Assembly (NCBI GenBank): GCA_024679065.1
Contig: JAGIQG010000009.1
Span: 99,634,001-99,698,000 of the forward strand
Length of the DNA: 64,000 bases
Reading direction: 5' to 3'
DNA from: Sphyrna mokarran
Taxonomy: Eukaryota
Shown: one piece after another, positions 27,501 to 39,500 of the stretch
Numbering within the stretch: the stretch's first letter is position 1
Layout: each line of letters opens with the position of its first letter
Translations under genes and position numbers: made by a program
The notes under the pieces: model-generated
What the model was told of the DNA's origin: nothing
Seen by the model: the letters and a program-made list of their open reading frames with translations, nothing else
Database searches by the model: none

Positions 27501-30500
27501 TTGGTAATGCATTTCCTGATGTAATAAGAACACATATTAAGGGCACAGGGCTATAATTGTGAGATTTGCAGGATAATTTGCAGATGATAATCAGACAGTT
27601 CATAAATCCACATTTGAATTTTGAAATCAAGCTACAAACTGCGAAGGATATAAACTGGGGAAAAGATCAGTTGGGGAAAGATGTATACCTCAGGTTAAAA
27701 AAAAAAAGAGGTTGGAAGAGAATTGAAAAAAAAAAGCTTAGTTGTTTTGATGTTAATAAATTTGTGGCTCAAAAAATCCATTGGGATAACAGCACTGTAA
27801 AACAAGATAAACCAGTAGGCTTTGTGAAAACGACGAATGAAGCCATGGTTGAAGCTGAAGTGCCAGAGAAGAGGAAGATATGTGGAATTTTGCTGAAAAG
27901 TTTGTTGTCCCGTTATATAAAGTGAGATTGACAAACTTGCTGAAATGTAGTACTGTTTCAGCAATGAAAGGGGGAAAAACGTGGTGTCCAGGAATACAGT
28001 TTACCCTAGGTCACAACATAAGTGATCAGAGATGGAAACGATGCCATCTGCAGTTGGCAAGTTAATGGAATATTGTAAAATGGAGCTGATACAAGAAACA
28101 TATCTTATAATGTTTCCTTACTATTGGCAACAAGATCACAAATGCACAGGTTGAGACTGGAGAAGAAATCAACGAGTAAATAAATATAAAGAAGCTAGAG
28201 TACACTTGTTAGAAACGATTTTGACCTGATGCATGTGAAAGTAAAAGTACAGGTGACGAACGAAGTGTACATCCTTAGTTTAGGGTTATTTTTCAGAATT
28301 ACCCCAGAAAGATGTAGAGAGAGAGGTGTTGACCAGAAATCATACAAAAAAATGAGCGCATTCTGTAGAGATATTACTTTAATCATAATGTATTAATGGT
28401 CGAGTAGAGATCTTTAATATTCAAGCAGTTGAAGAATTGGCAGAAGTCTGTTAATTTGCTCTACTGGTGCGTTGTACAAAGGGCGTGTTGTCGAAGTGTG
28501 TGAGATAAGGGCAGAGGGTCATTTATGAGTAAGGAAAATGTCAAGCGAAAATACCAACGCTTTTTTTTTGACCTGAACTGTTGAAGTCCTGGTGGACTAT
28601 TATTATTCATGCCATGCATTTCAGGTAACAGGAATAGCAGAAACAGTCATCAAATCATCAACCTTTATACCCATTCCAACATTTGTATAACATTTTACAA
28701 AGACCCTAATGGATTGTATAGGGCTGCTCCCTAAAACGAAAGATGGGAATGGAATCAGCAATGGTTGGCCGCATTGGATATGTATATTACGTTTATGGGC
28801 GCCATCTATTTGTAGTATATTAAAGCTGAAATAATTAGAGAGGAATTACATTACATCTTTTATGACACACAGAGTTCCCCCAGAAATCCAATCAGCTCTA
28901 TAATCAATTTTTAAAAGTTTTTCAGTGAAGCTCTGGATAACTAAGAGGTAAAGTAATTTAATCGATTCTTGTGATCCAGATTCGTGAGGAAAGCTAGAAC
29001 GATGTCATCAAAAGTTAAACACCATGTCGAGAGCTTATAATCAGGTTTATCTGGAGGATTGGTATAATGGAATTTCATATATGCTTTTGTAATTAGGCAT
29101 GCACCAAATGAACCAACTAAATTCAGTTTCTTTGAATTGTTTTTTTTTGTGATTAGGTAAAATGACAACATAAATGGATCAAGTATCAAATGGTGAATTA
29201 GCAGTCTGAGACAACATTTTTGGTCTATGTGCAAATGTTGTGGAGCGAACAACTCGAATTGGTGAGTTGGTGACAGAACATTTAAGATGATATGCTATGC
29301 AATGAAAACAAAAGTTAAGAAATAAAACGGTACTGTTTTGATTGTGGGGATATAGTTTTATTTTTTTCCATGTTAGGTGTGTTCCTAAAATCAATGTTTA
29401 GTTGGATTTACCAAATCGAAGTAGATTTGAGCTCCATGAATTATTTCATCAGTAAATCAGATAGAAAGACATCTCATAGAATGTGGAATGGCAATATGCT
29501 CAGAATGATATTCTGATAGGGAGCAAAAACATAAGAGTATGTATGAGCTTTTATCCCTCAGAGTAAAGAAATAAGTCCAGGCGATTATGAATTTCATATA
29601 CCTCAAATAAGGAAGCAGAATGGGGAAACTTGAAAAAAAATACCAGTTTACCTTCTGGAGGGAAATAAAAATAATTTAAACATTTCATTCCAATCATATG
29701 GAGCAATACATGGGAACAAGCCAACAAGCACTAAAACAATTATGCATTATATAGTTGTAGGAAGTGTTGTTCCAATTAATCAACATCCATATAAACTCAA
29801 ATGGAAACCTAAAGCACACCTTAAAATATTATAACATAAAATATATTATTGGAGTTGCAGGGAGTGGAGCTCAGATATATTTATAATATCAAAGTCACAC
29901 AGTACACAAAGATTGTGTGTGAAATATACAAAAGTCAACGTCAGACACATATGCGATTCCTCGATTGGAAAATTGTACTAAAAACTGGGAGAAGCAAATA
30001 CCATTCCTAAATTTGACTTCCTTAAGTACACTGAGAAGCAACTTTAGCTGAAAGAACAAATGAAATTTCATCTTTCTTTACACCAAATTGTCGGTACTTA
30101 AGTCTTGTCTTTAGGAATGAAGAATTCACCAGCAACATTCTAAAGATAAACTTACAAAGTGATTTCTGGGCTAAGGGACTATGCCGTCTACATTGGCGAT
30201 TTGACTGTTTTCATTCGGATATGAAAAGATCATTTGAAACATTCAAAGAAATTGTTTGAACGTTCATGATAAACTTAGCTAACAATAAGTTTGGAAAAGC
30301 CAAAAGTCACATCTTTAAACTATGCAATTGAACACGGACAGAAAGTCCCACGGAATGTGAAGACAAATTATATTGTGCAATTCTAGCAGCATCGACGATA
30401 AGTATTGAGATTCGTGGGCCTAATTGTTTTCAACAGGAAATCTGTGCCAACTTTTAGCTGACATATTCGAACATTTAGAAAGACAGAGTGAATTTGGCGA

Positions 30501-33500
30501 TGGTATTGCGACATTTTAACATTTATTTTACCAGCAATTTATCAGTGACAATTGTTTGCACTGATCACAATCCATTCGGAAAATTAAAGATTAGAATGCA
30601 AGACTGTTTAGGTAGAGTTTATTATTATAGCCATTTAGCTTTTAAATTGCATATGCAACAGGAAGAAAAATGCGATTGTTCCCGCTTCAGTACGGCTTTG
30701 ATAAAGTAAAAAAGAAATGTTCAACTAAATAGAACTGTACGATACTGCAGTTATATTTGCACGTTTAGATATAACAAAATGTGTGCCAATTATAGCGTGT
30801 TATTGCTATGAAGATTGAGGTTCTGAAAAGTGAGGGGAACTTTTTCTACTGTTGTCTGTTCGGCACCAGACGGCTCACATGATTTAAATGCAGGCTTATA
30901 ATTGGTTTTGGCTTAGGATGAATTGGTTTTCACCTCACGTTGTGCATGCTTGTTTAGTTTGTTTTTTGTCCTGGAGGTTAAGCGTAGATTTTTGATTGGA
31001 TGATTGGCAGTCAGTCACTTAAGGGTAAGAGTTAAGTTTGCAGTAAATGCAGCCAGTGACTTCCGAATTTTGAAAAAAAACAGGTCGATCGTTCTCTCCC
31101 TCTGGTATTTGGATCAGTTAGGAGACATTGGCCCCTTCCATTCTCTTTCCTGAAATATTATGGATTTTCGAGAACTGGCAGCCCAAGCCGGAGCAAGTAA
31201 TTCTGTGCGTTGTTGACTGATATTGAAGCGGACTTTGGTCTCTAAGACGGATGACGCTTGAAATAAAACTAATAGCGATAGGTCCACTGTTAATAATTGA
31301 ATCTTGTCATGCTTAGGTCTTCTCATTGATAAAGGTCAAACTAATTCATTTATTACTGCGAATCTGTATTGTTAAATGAATTTTATTTTGATAAAATACT
31401 TCCGAATCTGTCATTGAAGGGCCCTGTGGGCTACAGCACTAGATCCTCACATTAATTCGAAAATATGAAATCTGTTGGTGGCTTTTCGGGCTTCATACTA
31501 TACTTTCGGATTTCTGATTTGGGATCTTAATGCAAGAAGTAAACATAGACATTTTTGTACAAGTAAACACAGTTTTGCAAGTAACTTATCTCCAACTTTT
31601 CTCACTCAATGTACTAATATCATTAGCAAATGTTCCTCTGCTGTTTTGTCGGCACTGCTGATACTTGTAAAGGAAGTAACTTTGACGATACATACTAACT
31701 GCTATATTTAAATATGCAATACTCACTGTCGGATTTGCACTTCGCATCCAGCTCTAAAGTTAATTACATAGAAGGTGTGCATTAGGTTACAATTCAGGTA
31801 AAACCATTCAAACCTACAGTGACATTTGGAAATTAACAAAACATGAACGATTAAATATTTTTTTTCAGGACGTGTTTACCTTCCTCTCTTTCAATCAGAC
31901 GCTTTTCTAAAACAAATGAACACATTCAGGGCTATTTAAGCCACAATATAATACGTTTTTTTCTCCAACACGTGGGAAAACGTTGAAATAGAGTTGCTAT
32001 GTACTGAAAAAAGGCTTAGTAACATTATTACCTATTCTCCTTCTGTACATTTAACGGAGAAATAGTTTGCAATGAATAAATTGATATTATCTGACAAGTT
32101 GCTAAGTGTCTAATTGGTAGAAAATGAACACATAACTTTGGAACACTGTGGTATGATCAGCATAGCGGACATGGACATGGTAGCAATTACGCCAGCTTGG
32201 AACGTTAGTCAATTATATGGGCCGTAAAGAGATCTTAACCCAAATTATCTAAAATTAGATCACTGATAGTTGAAGGATATAGAGTGTAAAATTGAGACAA
32301 ACTTTGTTAAGCTTTCATGTCTTACGGTGTAGAATTAACTGTTCTTAAAGGTACTACCTGATTCCGTTCATATATTGTCAAAATGTCATTTTTGTGAGCA
32401 TCAACTTATACTTTGCAGAAAAGAGGAACATGATAGCGATACGTTTCTATATTCATTCATTATTTCCCATGTAATAACGTCAAGTTCATACCATGTAAGA
32501 TATGTACGCTGTGAGAAAAAAGGTGTTGACTGACAGTCAAGTCAACTCTGCTTTGCAAGTGGTCAATTTCCAGTTAATGGCAAAATATCTCAAAAAATTG
32601 AACAGCAGATTAAACACGAGGATTCACATTCCTAACATGCATTGATCAGCAAGTGGCATTTGTCATTAATAGGACTTTCAGTTCAAAATGGCACTCAAGC
32701 AAACGTGTATGTACCGTGCACTGTATAAATACAGTGCAATTGTGGTGGCTGGTAACCAGGCGTGAGCCAGGGCATTTCACTGATTGTAATAAACAGCGTG
32801 TTGTCCGTGCTCAACTGACCGGCCTTCCAAGTGTTAAAATATATATTTACTTTTAGATATGATTCCACAATGCGGCCGCACTTGCTGAACAATATTATGT
32901 CCGCTAATCGCCACACGAACAAACTGTTTATGATATTCTGCATCATTATTTGGGACATATTTTCCTTAACGGTGAACTCTGCTCCATATTTTGCAATCAC
33001 CTGTTTTTTGAAGAATGCTGCTTAAGGTCTTTAGTTCTGGAACGAACAATACAATCATCAAAACTGATTAAGATAATCACTTCCTAATGGTTGCAGACTT
33101 CTGTTATCAGTCGTAGCAATTGGATTTTCTGATGTTAAGCTTTTTATTTGTTTGGTAGTTGTATGGACATTCTTAACATTATAATGAAGAAATGAATTGT
33201 TTTCAGGTTGGTGCATTATTAAAGTACAAGCCAAGAGGTTTGTTTATACTCTGAATGGGTTTTGGTGGGCATGTTTTGATTCGGTTGTGAGGTAATTTAG
33301 TCGTGTCCGTTTTGTCGTCTGTCAGTCAGACACCAGACACGTGGAAAGAAGGAAGTTTACGTCAGGTTGCTGCTGAATTTCTGTGAGCGGTGGGGGTGAG
33401 AGCTTGAAATGCGAGACGGCGTTGGGTAATCGTAAGTTTCGTAGGCTAGCCGAGTTGTGAATATAGTGTGGTGGAGGAATAAGCCTAGAGGGGAGATAAA

Positions 33501-36500
33501 AAAGCTGCATCGTGCTAGATTGGCGATTTTGTTCCGGAATTCAGTTGAGTTATCCTGGCTAATTGCTGAGTTAGAACTGTGGTTATCCAGTGTAACATGG
33601 CGTGGGTAATCAGCTATGTTCCGCGCTTTCTCAGCTCACGTGTGTTTGACATTTCTTCAGGAGCTTCAGGAAGACAACTTTGACAATTGATTTATTGGAT
33701 GATTTGGGCCAGTATCTCACATTATTCAGTCGATAAAATGTTAGTGGTGTTGTGTATTTTCATCAGGACTTGATTATACATTAATTAATTGCTTTGAATT
33801 TAAACAACGGTAGGACCGAATGTCACAGGATATGACGAATGCTTCGCGTTCTTCGAGGTTTGAGTCTACAAATTTCTAGTTACTTTTGGCGCTGTAATTT
33901 CTTCAAGGCATCTGCGACCTGTGCGAGTAGGATACGCATTGTCATGGTATTTTAAACAAACACTTTGCAGGACCCTTTCACAGTAAGAAAAGCTAAACCA
34001 GAACGTGTTGGAATATTTCAAATAAAGAATTCTTTACGCACAGCTAAGAAAATCGAAAGTGAAACCAATATTGAAATACAGGAGAGGGAACTCAAGTTTT
34101 CTGTTAATTATTCAATAAGATGCTGACATTATCTGAACTCGGATCACTGAAAGTTGTATAATCAAATATGTGAAATTTAGGCAAAGTTAATGAAGCTCTT
34201 CATGTCTTACGAGGTAGAAGTAATGATCGTTACTTCTGGCAAAAATACCGTTGGAGTTTGTTCATAAGTTGCCAACATTTCGTTTCTGCGCATGTTGTGG
34301 ACATAGCTTAAACATTGCCGAAGGGAGAGGCATGTTGCCGAAGGTTTTAATATTAAGTTCATTAGAACCCAAGTAATAAAGCCAAATTTTATACCATGAC
34401 AGAATTGTATTCTGTGACAAATTCATAAGGGCTCTTAATGTTAAAGGCTAGCTGGGCCATTTCAGAACTCAGTGATGAATGAACTGAACTTCATTGATTT
34501 TAGAGTCACATGCAGACATGAAAAGGTTCAACTGATTTATTTCCGTAAGGAGATTAGTGACGTGTGCGTCTTTCCACGATAGTCATAATTTCATGCTTGT
34601 AGAGACTAGCGTTCAATTTTGTGTATTATTAATTGAATCTCAAAGATGGAATTATTGTCACGTTCCCCGAGCATTAGCCAGACCATTTGGGTTACTAGTA
34701 ACGTAAGATCGCCACCTCATCACCACATTCTTAATGTCAAAATAAATCAAGTGTTTTGCCTTTTTAAAAATTGAATAATATTAGCTAACATTTGAAGAAA
34801 AGAATAGTCAAGTCTGATGAATGTAAATTGACAGTGCCATAAATGTGTATGCACCATCTATGGCTTCCCAGGACGTTAAATAAACAGCTCAACCAGAAAA
34901 GATAGGTCTTAACTTTTTTTTTTACTTCTACTTGGGCATTTGTATAAGTCCCGTAATTTAAATTTAGTGGACAGCTAATCATATCAGCTTCTTACTTCCC
35001 AAGTTCAACTGAACCTTTAGTGATTTCAAATATTTATATCTAAAGTGATCTTCGATTAGAGCAATATTCTCACTATTAGCTTTGTAGCATAACCTCTGCG
35101 AATTCGTTATTTTGCAATGTAGCAAAAAAAAACAGCGGCAATTCTTTAGGGGACTTTGACCTCTCAGTTAGTAGCTTAATTCAGTACGGTAGGCACAAGT
35201 TATGTCAAAACAGAGAGTGTTTCCTTCGAATAAAAGTGACCAACTTTGACATCCCATGCGAATACTTTGTGGAAATCCTGTATAGTTTCGAACCGTTTAT
35301 TTGAGGAAAAAACGGTGAGAAATCTATCCTCAATACATTATCAGCTCTGGGATAGTCAAGAGTACCTTTCGTGGCTACAACATTAAATGAAAACATGGCA
35401 ACCATGGTATTTTCCAACACTTTGCGATTTCAATGCAGACATAGTTTTTTTTTTTCTGAACTCATCTCATAAGTTATAATTTGCTGCTCTATTTCTTTCT
35501 CTCTCCCTCAGGATTCTGTGCAGTTTCAAATTCCTCCCTGAAATTAAACCCTGAATGGATAGGGTTCATAAACCTGTCCATTTAATCGAATTCCCTGTCA
35601 ATACTACGAAAGTAAATACACAAAACAAATGATCCAGACTCTAGAGAGATGTCACCCATTTGGCCGTATAGGCAATATGTGCTAAGAGCCAGTCCCAATG
35701 ATCCAGAAAGTCGTCGTTCATGTTTCATCATCTAAGAAGTAAAACTAAGCATCTAAATATATCTCCCTTTGTTAGTGAATTGCGATAGTAATAATCACTG
35801 GGAATTTGAATTGGCAATTGTAGTTTTTCAGAGCTAGAGAGCTATTTGTTAGCATTCGATTCGCGTGCCAGCTTGATTAAAAACCTTTGATAACTACAAG
35901 TTTGTGGAATAAATAAAGAACACCCGGGTACTGCGATATCCGTGTCTATTGGAAAGGTTGCCACAAAACACGATCAGGAAGAACAGGTTATGACTTGCGA
36001 GTGGAAAAAGTACTGAGAGAAGAGTCACACTGGACTGGAAACTTCAACATTATTATCATCGCATATGCTACCAGGCATGCAGAACATATCCAGAACCTTT
36101 CATTTTCATTTCAGAATTTGCTTTCTACGAACGTAAACTGGGTTGGCCTCGCAATTCATTTTATATCACGACACGAGGAAAATTCCTACCAATTTCTTTC
36201 GTTTCCAAGTTTGTTCCTGAAATACAACCAGCAAAGTATCGTCAGTAGTTGTTTTGTTTTTTAAATCATTCTTTGTAGCCTGGATTTTCGTGGATTTTTA
36301 AAAAATATATTGCATCTGCAAAACTTGCAATTTCTGTAGTCTTTACTTTAATGGAATTGGAAGTTGACTAAATTTTTACATTTACTGTCGCCAAAAATCA
36401 TAGTGCTATTATTAAATAACTTGTCACTTTTATGAGTTCGACAGTGATAATGCACTCATGTACATCCATTCCAGAGGTAATATTCCAAACAACAGTTGAT

Positions 36501-39500
36501 GGAAGCCAATGTTGTTCGTAACAACATATATTTTGAACTGGCATCACACTTCTAGATGCAAAATCAAACCGTATCAAACAGCAAACATCTCCGGCAGTTG
36601 CTACCCAGTCACTTACAAATTATAACAAGCCAAAGCCTTACCTGTCAAAACATATTGATGCAAAAGTGTTTATTTTACTTTTGCCTTTGTGGTTAACAAT
36701 CTTGAATTTGGAATCCGTTCTATGTCTTTAATTGGGAACTGGTCTACTTAAGTTTCAAGCCCTATCTAGAATGCTAACTTGGACCACGTAAGGGCAAGGA
36801 CATTGCTTACGTTAGATTACTAAAAATGGGAGTAAATTATCCCGAAGAAATGAAATATGTGTAAGGGTCATGTGTGCTCAGATGTGACTTGTTTCCTCTG
36901 CCGTTTAAAGATTTCTGTTCCCTTTCCTCATTCTATAAAATAAAAACTGTACCAGCGCACAAATGCCCCCGCTCTGAATGATAGATGACATAAATATCAG
37001 TCATTCAGTGAAGGATCGTTGAAGTCGCAAGAACTGGAATGATACTTCAGCTTTTCGTAGAGAGCGGCATGGCAAACTGGATATAATTCAGGATTGATTG
37101 CACTAAACTTTTTTGGAATAACTGATACTTCCAATATCACATAGAAGAACAGTGACAATTAGATTTGCATTGCTGCCTCAGCATCAGAGAACCAGGTTTG
37201 ATTATGGCCCTGACTGACTGTCTTTGTGGACTTTGCATATTTTCCCTTCATCTGAGTCGTCGTTCCTGATTTTCTCCAAAGTCCGGGGATATGTACAGTA
37301 GGACGGAAGGCATGCCAGATTGTCCCACAGCATCCTGTGATCATTGGTTAGGTGGTTTAGCAGATACATCGATGGTGCGGGTTTGGTAAAATGCTCTTCC
37401 AGAGAGTCAGTAAAGTCTAAATAAGTCACATGGCATCATTTTGCATTGTGGGGATTATATTGCAGCTTCCAAAAAAATGCGCTAAACACGTTAAGGAATT
37501 TCTTCACAAATATTATTTCAGAACAAATACAATGCCCAGTAGAGGGAAATGTTGAAACAGCGGAAAGTTAATGTGAATCACAGATTAAAGAAGGACAATG
37601 AAGTACGTGTTGAGTAAGAAAAAAATCAAAAGAGAGGAAAAGTTATATTTACCACAAACAAATAAACACATGCACATTGCTGGTATTACTTAATAGATCC
37701 CGTTCTTAATGACATGAACGAATCGTTTGAAAAGTTAGTAAAAGAAAATAATAATAAAAACATAGTGCATCTATGAAGGGGTGTTATGAACAAGGAAGTA
37801 AAGTCAAAATCGCATTTTTCCTACGTTTATGAAATACCTCACAAGGGAAATAAATAAATTCAATATGAAATAAACAAAAATGAAATAGGATGACTGACCT
37901 AATATAAAATCAGCAATATAGGGCTGGAAGTGAATGCATTCACATGCGATATAAATATGTTACATTTTGAAAAAAGAAATGATGGATTAGTATGGTTCCA
38001 TACAATTCGATTGGCGTGGTATGGAGTGAATCGCCTTTAATATATACATGACGTATGTCCACTTTTACATACTTGTGTCTCGGATTGTTTTCTGCAACTC
38101 TGAAATAAATGAATGATGATACTTGCAATTATGAAGAAGAGCAACAATCATCTATTGAGGGAACACCACAGAAAAGAAAACTGTTGAATAAAAGTAAGTG
38201 TGGGAGGTTCGCCTTTGAAAAAAGATCCTTCTAAGCATACTGGTAAAACATTGACGACTGGACTCGTTCTTTAAAAGCTCGTCAATGTTTTATTCACTGT
38301 GAAATCAGTGTAACGCAGATTCAAAGCACCGACCCGTTAGAGATGACTGATGCTAATAGGAAGAAGCAAACTTTGAAGATACTGCAAAATATTAAATAAC
38401 GTGCAAAACCTTCAGTGATAATAAAGAGCATCCATGGATTGAATACCTTCGTTGACATTTCTTATGTAAATACATTCGGAAAACATGTTTGAAATCCTGT
38501 TTCTCATATGAAAATAAAATTGACAGTAGTTTCAACGTGAAGCGACAAGACGGTGCCGAAATACATTTTCGAGTCTTATGAAAAGGCAAATACATGGCAA
38601 AATGCTAATAACTTGTGAAGTCTTAGTTGCATGCGTTTCGTTGAAATCTGTTTATAGCTTATAATCAAATATTTCACAGTGGCGGCTTTATTTCGTGTTA
38701 AATCAACCTTAAGTTAAATTATAATTAATACAGATGCGGACCGAGTTAGAGTGTGGAAGCCACCGTGTTCTCAGTTATTACATGCACATCAATTTGCGGA
38801 TTTCAGGACATATGAATGCGGTCCTGGAAGTCCAGTGCGGGAACAGAGCTATTGCTTCCCGGAACGTTTTTATTTCTTGCCCTGGACGATTGTATGGGCG
38901 AGTCACATTAGGTATCTTTTCGTTTAGATTCCGAATCACCATTGGTTGTAGGCGGAATGGCGAACGAATTTCGCCTTCATTCTGAGGACAGTTGATATCC
39001 CGGGGAATGTGTGATTTCGAATTTTCTGGTGAAGTCTTTTAGTGATTTTATTTTCCACTTTTCGGTAATGAAGATCGAATTCAAAATTAAGTTGCATGCC
39101 GAGATAAGCTAATGAAATACGTATACATCGTCTCGAAAATGCTGAAGACCCACTGATTATCCGTTTTAGTTTAAATAAAATGATTGCAGGCCCGGGAAGG
39201 GCAATATATCTCTGCGTCGTTTTGTGGCTTCACATTCGAACTATCGTCAACGTTATTCTCATATGAGAAACAGGATTTCATACGTGTTCTCCGAATGTAT
39301 CTGTATAATAAATATCAACGGATGTCTCATCCATAGATTTGGTCAAAAAAGGACCATGATATGGAGACGCCGACGTCTGACTGGGTGAAGGATCAGAATT
39401 CTCACAACGCTAATATGAAGTCCATAAAGTTTTTTTTGTAATCACGAGGTTTCGAAGCAATGCCCCTTCATCATGTGAGTCGAGTTCGAAAAAAGAAACC

